Origin: Amphiscolops sp. MND2022
Taxonomy: Eukaryota
Direction of reading: 5' to 3'
NCBI GenBank assembly: GCA_964187785.1
Contig: OZ076420.1
Coordinates: forward strand, 29,326,001 to 29,390,000
Length of the DNA: 64,000 nucleotides
Both the position numbers and the translations under genes were made by a program. This document shows positions 11,901 to 24,273 of the stretch, in pieces. Each line of letters opens with the position of its first letter. Within the stretch, counting starts at the first letter, position 1. The notes under the pieces are model-generated. The model ran no database searches, had not been told where the DNA came from, and worked only from the letters and a program-made list of their open reading frames with translations.

Positions 11901-14900
11901 CCGGTGGAAACAAAAATAGTGGTAACATTTGATTCCTTTAGGTGTAGCTGGGGCAGCAGTCGATATGTGGCTTCACACGCGCTCAGCTGGCGATGACTTA
12001 GACGTCTTTCATTTGTTGTAAGAGGGCGGCGCTGCCTTGACTTTTATCATGGGATTTGATTGTTTCCCTCAGAGGATCTGTCATTCCAGTTTCATCTTTC
12101 GTATAGTAGTCACAAATATATGTAATGATGGCATAGGTGTCACAGCAAAACTGTAGATCTATATTGGCATCCCAAGCATCCAATCAAAGAGGATTGTAAT
12201 TATCAATGAAGAGTTCGTCGGAATTCCGCCTCAAAACAACAACTTTACCACCACGCGAAATTGACAGGGCTCGGTGATATTCATCCGACGTGACAGACAA
12301 CAAAGTGAAAAATTCATCGAAAGTTTCTGGCAATGTACTGCTCAGCAAAATTTGTTTGGCGTCAGACAAAATGTTGATTGATTTTTTGACTTGTTCCTTG
12401 TTCAAGTTCGCGCCATTAGGTTTAGCTATCAAGGTTTTTTGTGACGGGAGGCGAGGATAATTGAAGCGACAGTTACCACTCCGTTTCAGGCAAGATTTTG
12501 TATGATGGTGAACCTGTAGGTCAAGGACTTTCTGACGCAGGAGATCATGAGCAGGAAGTGAACAAGTGATAAACTGATCCACCAGATTGGGCAATTTGTC
12601 GTCATCCAGTGTATCACCCTCCATGAATTGTTGCATGAATGCTTGAGTTAGTCAAAGACATCCATGTACGTGAGCCATTCCACGCAACTGCATTTCTACA
12701 CGATAATTATAAAACTCTACAGGTAAACAGCCATCGAAGTTTGCCATAAGAATAGTTTTGATGAACAATTGTAAACGTTTGTTGAAGACACGAGTAACCT
12801 GAACCACGTGTTTCTTCAAAACATCTGCTCTTGCGATTGGATGAGCTTTTAAGAACTCTTCGAAAAGCGTTCCATCAACAAATACATCAATATTGACATC
12901 ATTCTCAGACAACTGGCTAGTGAAGGTAATTTCATGACCAAGACTCTTCAAAATACTGATTGACACTTCTTGCCATCGAACTTCAGCGCATGAAAGTGTA
13001 AAGAAAAAATGAAAGGGCTCCAACTGTTTTTCTTTCGCTGAGATGTCTGATCTTGCGACTCTCCAATACTGATTAGTTCCCCTCAACCGTTGAAATACAG
13101 AGAGAACTTCTTTTTGTGTAACAGAACATACACCAGAACTTTGCGTTTCTACTTTGCCGTTTTTTGAAAAAAAAATTTTCGAGCTGTTCTCTCTCGATTC
13201 GATGTTGAGCGGCAATAAGATAGGTTGAATCGGAGCTAAAGCGAGAGTCAGAATTCATGAATCTCTGAGTGAAATACTGGTGGGATGTTAACTTAACGGG
13301 TCGGTCTTCACTCAACGTGTTCCGATCTGAAGGGAAATAGCAAGGAAAAGCTTTGGCTTCGAAGTCTTTATTTTTCAACCAGTTTGTGGTACCTTATTTT
13401 CTCCGGGTGCCAAAGTAATACTTATCCATTAATTTGGTCTCGTGTGAGTGTCTCGACATTACGAAAGCAGTTGGGTTTTCTGGAATCAGGCAGGTGTCTA
13501 ACCCTTCATCAGTTTCCAAACAGCACTCTGAATCAAATGCATCTGTTATTTGTTTGTTACTGGCTTCATCGTCAATATGTACCTCCAAATTAGTCATGGC
13601 TGAACTGTCGATTTCAATATATTTGTAGTGTGGGTTTCCCAGTTCTTAAAACTTTTTCAAAGCGTTGATTATAGCAGTCGGGCGAACAAGTGATTCGGAG
13701 TGAACATTTTTCAAAACATTGGTTCGCTTCAGTTTAACATTTACGAAGAAGCTATCAGATGTACCACGAGGTTGTTGTTGACACAATGTCATCACAAGTG
13801 AGTGGAACATTGATAACGCGATCTTTGATTGCATACATTCTCGTACGAGGAAGACTGAAAATTTAAAGAAACAGCAAATCTTTGGCAACCAATTCGTCTT
13901 TTAAGTCGGTGAGGGTAAATTCATCAGTCATTTCGTCTTGTTCCAGTTTGTTTTTATTTGACATTGGCGGTAACGTTCCTTTTTTCAAAGCCTTCCTGCA
14001 AGTCCAACTCACGTCGATGCAACTAAGCGAATTTGAATTGAAGAGTTTGATGTCGAAGGGCAAATGTACGTCGTCAGAGTGCTTCCACTCTTTCACACAG
14101 TCTCCAAAAAAAATCCTTTGGCAGCACGAGCAATCGAACACCAAACCTGGCAACAATTGATGACGGAACAAACGAACCTGTCTTTGGAACAAGGACGACA
14201 ATCCTCGTTCAAGCGTATGCTTTTCCGTTCTCTGTTAGGATATTGTGGTACGGTTCTTCTGATAGGACACAGCCTTTTCAACTTTTCGGGCTTTCGCATT
14301 TTCCTGCAAGCTACGCCTAAATTTTATGGTTGTTCGATACTTCTCTTGTAAAGGTTGCTTGAGCTTTTGTTGGTAAGTTTCTTCCAGCCGAGGCTTCAAA
14401 ACTTCAAGATATTTTCGCCTCAATTTAAATGAGATGCATCTCGTAACGACGTTTCAACTTTTCAGCCAAACACTCTTTGTAACGACGTTTCAAGTTTTCA
14501 GCCAAAAACACTCTTTGTAACGATGTTTCATTTTTTCAGCCAAACACTCCTGGTAACGACGTTTCAATTTGTTAGCTAAAGAGAGATTAGTTCTCAATCG
14601 AGCTGCCAAGAGAATCCGATACTTTTCACTACTCAGCCCTGTTTTTCAAATAATGGGCTCTGTTGATGTGGTAACGACGTTCTAGGCGAGATAATTTAGT
14701 ATCCAGCTTTTTTGTTTGCTCTGACGAATCCAAATGTTGAAAGCTTTGTAGTGTTGTTTACAGCGACTGCGACTGAAATGATTTCGTGCTGTTTTTTTAT
14801 CAATGAAAGTTGCACCGCGGGTCTACTGTGTAGGTCCAAAAAATTGTTGAGACGTCCTAAATCTGATGATTCTGTGTTATCAACTAACATTGACTCTTCA

Positions 14901-15813
14901 TTATCAAGACGAGTATTCTTGCACGTACGTTTCAAGTGTCGGGATAGTGTTACTGAACTGGAGAAAGTCTTTTGACACTTCGAGCAACTACTCGGGACAG
15001 CACATTTTAGTCTCTTTTCGTTGGTATGTTCGTCACCAGAAATAGTGGGGGTAGAAATCCAAGACATTGTGCAAGGGATATCAGGCAAAGAAGAAGGCTG
15101 CGAAGCCTTTTTGTCGAAAATCGTGAAGAGCAACTCTCCAAAAAAGACTTCTTGCATTATTGATTGATAGAAATTCACCGAAGAACATTCGGAATGGAAC
15201 TGCTGACTCGAGTAGGAATTACATCTGAGACAATGTTCGATACTGCTTTTTTCCAAATTCGATGAAACGTAACATTCCATTTTGCCAGATGGTATTTCTA
15301 CGACGAATCCTTTGATTCCAGCAAACATGAATTTGTCGAACATATGTGTGTGACAATCCTTTGAACTAAACCCAACTGGTGTTCCCCTCACATGTGTATG
15401 GAGCCACCCCAGAAGTTTTGCCAGCTATACAGTGTTTGCCAAGGTACACAGTGTCATTTTCGTCGATTCCTGTGAACAAATACAAAGAAATCAATACGCA
15501 TAAAATACTAATGACAGTTTATGTTAAGGTATTATCTTGACGGGACGAACTTTAGGAATGAAATTGAAATGAAAAAATTTCGCTGTGCAACTATAGTGCT
15601 TTGAGATATAGCATTCAACAACTTACCATTGTCTTCGACATGACACGAGGAAGCTGATTGAGTTGGTAAAACAATGTCAGTGATGATTTCACAAGTGTCA
15701 CTCTGTGTTCCTAAAAGAAAAGCGAGAAGTTCAACGTGATTTCCATCCTGATCCACCGTAGCTGAAGACAACTGGAGAAAAAGCTCGAAGAACTTTCGTG
15801 GAAATAAAATCAT
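8942..15813 (-). pseudogene. Fragmented Helentron polyprotein: JAMM/MPN - Zn finger - DUF6570-like region - HUH Rep - PIF1 helicase - APE-like endonuclease
   Basis: Rep: CSCCQRIFF / CWTCRKAL..P.S..N.L, APGENKVP...EAKAFPCYFP...YFTQRF, FFTLSCAEVRW, YRVEMQLRGMAHVHG (HUH), QVHHHTKSC...CRFNYP, YICDYYTKDE, RQLSACEATYR. Helicase: GEAGTGKS, AATGMAA, IVDEMSMV, GDLLQLRPV, LPLRLAWGITCHKVQGQT, VYVMLSR. Endonuclease: SLNIQSL, SETW, VVGDF, GNELDLCF, YSDN. Many stops and frameshifts. Confidence 0.92.
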
Positions 15814-18800
15814 GAACCTGAAATGAAAGGTAAGAACAACTCAGAAACTGTAGAGGTTGTATCAATGGGAAAATGCGGCGAAAAAACACTCTTATGAAGT
15901 TGTTCTGAAAAAGGTAAAAACGAGAGCTAAATTGTAGTGAATTGCATTTATGACTGAACCTGAGCAAGGTCTAAACGGGAAGGCACAAAAATTGGAAGAA
16001 TTTCAGCATTCAACTTGATTTAATCAGAGCCTCAGAACCAAACGCATTCTAAAAAGTTCACATGCATCGACGAGATCGAAGCGTGTGACGAACGCAGTAC
16101 ATGATACAAAGCAAAAAGTTGTAATGACACAACACATTATGATAAACTCAGAAAAGTATAGAAATAACTAGTGGTAAAAGTATACACAACAAACTATCAA
16201 AAACCATGACTGATATGGAACGCTAACAAAATCAAAAAACTGAAGCAAACAAATTATGCCAAAAAACAACTGAACTCAAGACAAACGTTTTACTCAAAAC
16301 ATCTCATAGTCACTGTCGCTTGAAAACTCTTTGTATAAAGTCTCTTTCAGCAAATTGCGGTTAGATTTCCGACTAACTTCAACAGCCTGGCTGTGAGAGC
16401 GCTTTTTCGACTTTTTAGTAACTATAGTCTGCATGTCCGCCTTCTGATCGACTGTGGCCCCAGGATTGTGACCTTCAGACCGAGGCAGAACGGTGGAGAA
16501 TTGCTGGAAAATTTCACTGCTGTATCCGCTGGCGTCGAAAATTCGGCTGAAGGTTGTTTGGTTTCGATATGCTCCTGGACAGGATTTCGGGTTTTCTCCG
16601 GATCGCCAGCGACGAAAGAAACAGGATCCTTTAATTGCACACGAAGAGCCGAGTTGGAACAGCCATGGGTGTCATCAAATTCAATGGGAAGTGCAGCAAT
16701 TACTTCATCTACAGAGCTGTTGTCAAATGATATCAATGAACTTTACTCGGAAGATACTGCTTAGTTTGGCTTCTTTGAAGATATCTTTATCGTTTTCTTG
16801 ATCTCTGCATCATCACCTGTGACTGATATTTTCTTGAACAGGTTTCCAGCTGGAGCAGTTGAATTATTTCCTTCAGTCGAACTCCGTTGAAAAAAAAGAT
16901 GCTATTCCACGACTAGATTGAGGTTTCTGTGAGCTGCATTGTTCGATTTTGGGAGACTCAACTTACGGCATAGAAGCCTGTTCTCTGAGACTACGAATTT
17001 TCAAAGCATTCAGGTAATTTTTGTGAGCTCGTTGGGTAGCTTCATTTCGTGATGAAAACATTCGATGGTCACGATTGGCGCGATCAACTGATGCTTTGGC
17101 ATGAACCATAGCTCTTTCGATGGCTCCCAACAAAAGTTTTTCACCGTCATTAAGAACTGGATTATCTTTCAACTTCGTAGCTGTTGGCCTCTCTAAAACA
17201 GCTTGTTCAAACCTCGTCTTTGCCGAGAACAGAATATCATGGATAGTCTCCATATCATTGATGTGTTGAGACACCATGGAAGCCTGGTCAGTGTGTTTAC
17301 TTGTCATTGCAAAACCTGAAATTAGAGAAACTGCCTGTTTTGGATTAACAGCTAACTTCAACAACCATGGTCGCCATAATCACGACATTTTGGCGCCCGC
17401 ATAGAAAAAGGAATTCAACGCCTACTGCAAAACGGGTGGATTGTGAATTTAGCAACCGAGTCACAAATTCCAAAAAAAATAACTGTCATCAGTTTTTGAG
17501 CACCGAGGAGACGCAAAAAACAGCTTATTAATTTTGTTTTTGATATATGCGATCTTTTCTCTCAGTGGTACCAAATGATAAGTACTAAAATAGGAAGAAG
17601 TCTTCCCAAAAACACCTGATTCTGGAAAAACACAAAACAACTTGGACACAGGCGAGGCCGTGCTTCGCAAATACTGCGAAGCCGTGAAGGATCAAGGGTT
17701 AAGGGGCAAGACAGTTGTTCTACTTATTGAAAATTTTAAGAACAGCAGAAAACGGCCCAAATCAGGTTCCGAAAAACGATTGCTTGTCGAACCGCCCAAA
17801 AATGTCGTGAGTGGTTATTCCTCTCAGAAAGGGCCTGTATTATTGACGATTGCATGTTTCAAAATCTCTCTGGAATTGAATGTTGAATCAGGGATACGTT
17901 TGAACGTTAGATAATGGAACAACGTTAAAATTTAAAGTTATGACTTCGACAGGTGACGAACGTTGAACTCACTAGCACCTTTCCCAAGAAAACCGGAATG
18001 GAGTCCAGGTCAATTCACTTGTAATAAAAACAATGTGCCAAAAAAGCATAACCTAAGAAACTAAAAATAAAAATCAAACTTCAGATAGAACAATGAAATC
18101 AAAGCCAAAAGTCATCAGAAGATTCACAAAACTCCGAAAACTATGTAACATCATTGTGTCAAGCAAAAAAAATCATACCTAAAGGAACTAAATGTGCAAA
18201 ATCAATTTTCAAAATAATACAATCAGATCAAAAGTCAAATCAATCCACAAGTCTACGGGAAGAGAACCTTGAAAGATTCACTTTCGTTTGGGTAGTTCCT
18301 TATCAACTTTCTTCTTCAAGGATTGTCGAACTTTAAGCGGCAGGCAACGAGTTGTAGCATTTTGTTGAAATGCTGTTCGCAGATTTCTTTTCCTTCGTTT
18401 CTTCAGCGCTGTAAACTTTGCTTGCATGCAGCCTGTCGCTTCTATCACGGTAGGCATTGTGTTTTCTTTGGATACCATCTCGGAAGACGGGGTTTCGGAG
18501 TTGCAAATTGGCCGGTGTAAGGACAATCTTTTGTTTGTGGATGAAATTCTTCAACTTCAAAGCTCTGAAGAGGGCCGATGCAGTCTGATAAAAAAAGTAG
18601 ATTAGAGTTCTAAGAACGAAAGATTTTCAAACTAAAGGCATTAAATGTGGACTGAAATGCAGATGCTGAATCAGGATGAAAAGCAGAAAAAACGTACAAG
18701 ACAAGTGAATAATCTATGTAACCTACAGCATTTAAAATTTCACATTTCATCTTTATATTTTTAACATTAAAAATCAACCTCAGAGTTGTCGCAATCGACG

Positions 18801-19164
18801 TGAAGGATGAGATATCGATAGTTCGTGACTTGAACTTTAAATCCAGTAAATCCCATTGATTGAATCTGCTGGATGAAAAACTCCTTAGCTTCATTCTTGT
18901 TACGGTAAGACGACAGAAGATTGGATTGCATTCTGATACTCAAAAACCTCTGGTCATCAGACATGGGTTGCAAAGTAGAGGATGTTTTCATTCTGTCTGA
19001 AAAAGATGAGATGATTGAATTGAACATTCAAGTGAATAACAATTATTTGCATCACAAAGCTTGCAAAAAAGATCGGAAACATTCCAAAAAGGGCAGATAA
19101 TTAATAAATGTTTCTATTCCTGAACGATAGTAGCCCAGTGACAACAAACATATGCTAACCCGGA

Positions 19165-21040
19165 AGATGCTTTTCGAAATCGTATTAAATCAAATCAAGG
19201 AAAAATGGCGTTCGTTACAACATAGGATGATTCTGACTCGAAAGAAATCGAAAGAACCTCAAAAGTTTCGTCAGTCCTTGTATGAAAAGCTGAAATACCG
19301 GAAAAAAAGCCAGCAACCTCTGAAAATCTCAAGAGGTCCCTACAGGAAACAAAGGCAAAAAACTGGTTGATTATTTCGTAGCGAATGGTTCGGATAACGT
19401 TCATTCTCCGAAGAAAGATTTCAGCTTTCGTGAGGCTTCGCATATCTATTTTGTCATCATTAGCCGATTTGAGGTTGCTCGGAATGACCTTAGTTGAAGA
19501 AGACAAGTAACTAGAACACGAAAAGGTAGTGACAATAATATAAGATGAAACCAAAGAAGTTGCCGATTGACGAAAAAATATCGTAGAAAAAATTGTATTA
19601 CACATTTAGCACCACACGAATAGCGTTTAATGTTAACAACTCGATGAATATCACTTGGCAAACGAAAATTTGTTCTCGAAACAAACATTTTTGAGAGAGT
19701 GAATTGGTTGAAACATCATGGAAGTGCTCGATTGTATAGGCAACGAACTTTTCGTCTGAATTCTCAATTTAGTAGAGTTGTTAACATCGAATAGAATGTG
19801 AAGAAAAATCACAGGGGCAAAGCGAAGGGGTTATGAAAAATTTGGGCATAGGTTAACCACTAGGGCAGGGTTTTCCCATACACAGGTTCGACAATCCAGA
19901 AAAACTGGATCAGGGCAAGGTCGAACCCGGTTTGGGAAGTTTCAGATTTTAGGCTTAACTTGGAGTTTTCTTTTGAACAAAATCCAGAAAAGCTGTTCAA
20001 AATCGTATTAAGTGAATTGAAGCACAAATGGCGTTCGTTAATACTTGGGGTGATTGCTTCAAATTTGGCATTTTAGAACAGACAGGTGTCAGATATAAAA
20101 ACTGGATTAACTGACCGAAAAAAACTCGAAAAAACCTCGCAAATCTATTTTTGATTTTTAGCCGTTTTGAGGTTGCTCGGAATGACCTGGTTGGAGAGAA
20201 GTAACTAGAACACGAAGCGGTAGTGACAAAAAGTGAAGATGAAACCAAAGAAGTTTACGATTGACGAAAAAAATATCGTAGAAAAAATTGTACCACACAT
20301 TTAGCACCACACGAATAGCGTTTAATGTTAACAACTCGATGAATATCAGTTGGCAAACGAAAATTTTTTTCTCGAAACAAACATAACGGAGCGGTAGTGA
20401 CAAAAAGTGAAGATGAAACCAAAGAAGCTGACGATTGACGAAAAAAATATAGAAAAAATTGTACCACACATTTAGCACCACACGAATAGCGTTTAAAGTT
20501 AAAAACTCGATGAATATCACTTGGCAAACGAACTTTTTTCTCGAAACAAGCATATTTGAGAGTGAATTGGTTGAAACGTCATGGAAGTGCTCGATTGAAT
20601 AGGCAACGAACTTTTCGTCTGAAGTCTCAATTTAGAAGAGTAGTTAACATCGATTATAAAGAAAAATCACATGGGCAAAGCAAAGGGGTTGGAAAAAAAT
20701 TGGGCATAGGTTAACCACTAGGACAGGGTTTTCCCATACACAGGTTCGACAATCCAGAAAAACTGGATCAGGGCAAGGTCGAACCCGGTTTGCGAAGTCT
20801 CAGATTTTAGGCTTAACTTGAAGTTTTCTTTTAAACAAAATCCAGAAATGCTGTTCGAAATCGTATTAAGTGAATTGTAGCGCAAATGGCGTTGGTTAAC
20901 ACTTGGGGTGATCGCTTTAAGTTTGGCATTTAAAAAGGACAGGTGTCAGAATAAAAAATGGATTAAATGACATCGAAAAAAAACTCGAAATGACCTCAAA
21001 AGTTTCGTCAGTCTTTCTAAGGAAAACTGAACTACCTACT
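19165..21040. repeat. Diverged tandem array (~700-850 bp units) in the 5' region of the Helentron
   Basis: 19441-~20130 is repeated at 20141-~20990. The second copy has an internal ~180-bp duplication (20218-20555), and a partial third copy lies at 19165-19300. Confidence 0.85.
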
Positions 21041-22758
21041 AAAAAATTCGAAATTTTTGTAAAGTTTCATATTTTTTACATGTGTTTAACCTTGGGTGGC
21101 CCGGAACGACCTGCACGGGAAGGACTCGCTACTTTCGCACCCCTTCTACGTGCAACTTGCTAAGGTCTCGGACTCGACAGTCTTGGTACGCCATGTCTCA
21201 ACTGTTGAAATTTCCTATTTTGTCGTCGACATCAACTGCTGCAATCTTCAGCCTGACAAACCTTTTTGTTATGGCTGATTTGTTCCAAGATTTGCCGGAA
21301 CGTTTTTCGGGTAAACCTCGTATACTAAAAATTAAAACCTTGCTAGGTACATCATTACATGTTATATGAATGCATGAGCTTAACTTGATCATTAAAAAAA
21401 ACCTGTTTCGAAACAAGTGCAAATATAGAACTACTGCGCCTTATTGTCCTGTACCTTCTTTTGATTTCTGGCAGAAATTGAGGAGGAACAATTTTTTAAA
21501 AAGTCGCAAACACAATTGATTTTACCTCACAGGCTTCGGGCAGAAAAACAAGCAACGTACCTGAAAAAAAATAATTGGAGGAGGGAAAACAAAAACAACA
21601 TAAAAATTGAAGGGGTGACCTTCGGTGGAAAGAAAAATTGGGGTGATCTTCGGTGGGAAAAAAGGTTTTCCAACATCCATTTTGTCGGAAATCTCCGTAA
21701 AAATGAAGGGGGTACTCTGTGGTGGGGAAAAATTTTCGGAAAAAGTCGCACAATGCCGAAAAAAAAATTTGAAAGGGGGGACCCTTTAGTCTCGCCCGGT
21801 AATGTATGTTACGCGGAATATAGGGAAAACCTTTTTAGTTTAGTTCCCTGGGCCAAAGGCCAACTGGTGAAATTTGAAATTTTGTAGAACTTTTGGTAGA
21901 ACTATTTTGGTCAGTTCCGGTGGTCTTAAAAAACACTGACGAAAAGCCATGACTATAGTCGACTCTTTTCTAAAGAAAAGCGCCGACTAAAAAAGAGGGT
22001 GTTTGCGACCTTGAGCAAGTCACTATGAAAACACAGCTTCAAGCCGACCATTGCTTGATCCTTTGGCTGCAAATTTGGTACCATAGCGTACTGACTACTT
22101 AGAAAAGTAGAACTGCTTATTCGGCATCCACCCCATATAATTGAGGAAATAAACACTCGTCACGCACTGAGTTACATTTTGTTTAGACAAGATATGCTAA
22201 AACGAACGCTTTTCCACACTATCCAACGTTCCTCCCCTGAATGAGTTTCTAGTGTTTCAATTCAATAGTTGGAGAGATATTGCCGGTTTGTGGCCAGTGA
22301 TAAAACCAGTGGCTTTAACCATTGGTTGAGCAATTCGGTATTTCAAATCACCGATTCGGGTCAATTTGAATTAAATTTATCCGGTTAACACAGTACTGTG
22401 GATATGCACTAAAACATATAGCGGAAATTGCAAATTTGTTCCCAAAAACTTTCTCAAATTTGTTCTCAAAACCTCATGTGTTGAAACACCATGTATTGAG
22501 TATTACTGACCTTCTCGAATTCCAATTTACTCCTCTTTGAGTTTTCAGAAACTTCGAGTGTAATAAAAGTTTGTTTTGTTGGTCGAATTCGTTGTTCGTT
22601 TAAAGTTCGGTGTAACCGATGTGATTAAAAAGCATTTTCGAAAAAAAAACGTTTCGGCGAATTGTTTGATGCATTTGTTTCAATTGTATCACGACCTAAT
22701 TATCTCGTATGTTTGATCATTTGAAATGTTAGATGAATTGGCTTTCAATGCGTTTTAG

Positions 22759-22973
22759 AAACTTTACAAAGCTGATAAGTGGGACTTCGGTGTGTGGGTT
22801 GTAACGGCTGGTGTCACCCTGCTGATGAACATCACATGGGGTCTCTTATTGGGCATTGGGTTCTCGCTTTTTACAGTGCTGTGGAGATCCCAAAACCCAG
22901 AGTGTGTCGAAATTGGCCTAATTAAGGGCACCCACAAGTTCCGCGACGTCAGGAGATTCACAGAGATTCAACA
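22759..22973 (+). CDS. SLC26 exon (last TM helices and linker)
   Basis: Acceptor ttttag at 22758 and donor gttagt at 22974. Reads KLYKADKWDFGVWVVT...GLLLGIGFSLFTVLWRSQNP; phase matches the previous exon (A|AA). Confidence 0.92.
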
Positions 22974-23518
22974 GTTAGTTCTGAAACAGTATCATTAGGC
23001 GAGCGAAGCTTATTTGCCAGAAGATTCTCTTAGGCGAAATTCCACTTTTCCTGTCGCGTATATGTGAATTTTTCGTGGTTTTTCAACTTTCAACCCTTAA
23101 TCTTCCTATCTATGATGGAAATGCGTTGGTTTTTTTTTCAAAAAAATGTCCTACAAAACTCGACTTTTTTCGTTTCCAGAAATGTTTTGCCAGCATTGAG
23201 CTTTCAGAAAACTAGTCAGCCTTAAAAGTTAATTTTTCGTGAGCTTTGTTGACATTAGCGTCTGTTTTTTTTTATAGATTAACACGGAATAATTCACGAT
23301 GCTTTTAGGTGTGGTATTTTAGTTGAAATTGTCCTTTCTGTGAAAATTTTGATGCCCGTCCAAAATATGAAAATTGAGTAGAATTAACCTCGAAAGTACA
23401 CCGAGAAGTCGAAAAATTGACAAAATTTTGGCAAAATTTTTTCAAAGCTTCATTTCTCCACAAATAATAGCCGCAGCTCCAATCGGTTTTCTGTTCCTGA
23501 AAGCCCTTTACCTAAGGA

Positions 23519-24053
23519 AACAAGCCGAGAACGGCCAAAGTCGGCGCCATATCTAAGGCTCAAAATTTAAAAGGGGGACCCTTTGGGCTTTGTGAAACTC
23601 CAGCTGGTTGCAAAAAATTAAAAAAAATTGAAGGGGGGACCCTTTGGAGACATGAAAAAATTTCCCAAAATTTTTTTTAATGAGATTTTTGAAATCAAAG
23701 TGCCGAAAAATGTGAAAGGGGGGACCCTTTGCAATTTTTTGACATCCATTGTGTTGCAAAACATCAAAAAAATTAAAGGGGGGACCCTTTGGGGAAAAAT
23801 CTTCAATCCAAAAAGTTTCAAAAAGTCGCATATTTCCGAAAAAAGTGGGGGATCCTTAGTGTGATTTCGAGGTTGTGGACGTCTGTTTTGTTTTTTCTTT
23901 TCGTTTTGGACGCGCTTCTGAGGTTGGAGTTGTTGAGGTTTGACGTTGTTGAGGTTTGAGGTTGTTGAACAAAAAAGTGGACCTTTCGTGTCTAAAAAAA
24001 ACTACCCACTGTAATAGTCGGGCACATTTTCTACTAAAATGCGCCGACTAAAA
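23519..24053 (-). mobile_element. Complete HINE-like element
   Basis: 3' end aacaagccgagaacggccaaagtcggcgcc at 23519 and 5' end ...aatgcgccgactaaaa at about 24040-24053. Contains a short (gaggtt/gttgtt)-type microsatellite at about 23920-23970. Confidence 0.8.
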
Positions 24054-24273
24054 ATCTATATTGACACAAATAACAAATCGCACCAGACAGTCCAATAGAT
24101 TGTCGATAAGAAAGACAATTTTTCGTTTTCCTCTATGCTTTTTGCGTGTCGTAATTTATTATTGATTGCGAAAAAATTCGCTGTCCTCATTTGAGGACGA
24201 AATCACTGTCGAGGTTAAATGTTTTGTTGGTTCATGGTTTTAGACATTAATTGCACTTGTGTTTCTTTTTCAG

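Larger units (their letters stand above)
7917..21993 (-). mobile_element. Helentron/Helitron2 rolling-circle transposon (~14 kb, decayed), antisense in an SLC26 intron
   Basis: Internal Rep-PIF1-endonuclease coding region (separate feature). Boundaries are inferred from an unpaired HINE-type 3' end at 7917-7960 and an unpaired HINE-type 5' end at 21947-21993, both in - orientation. Confidence 0.75.
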
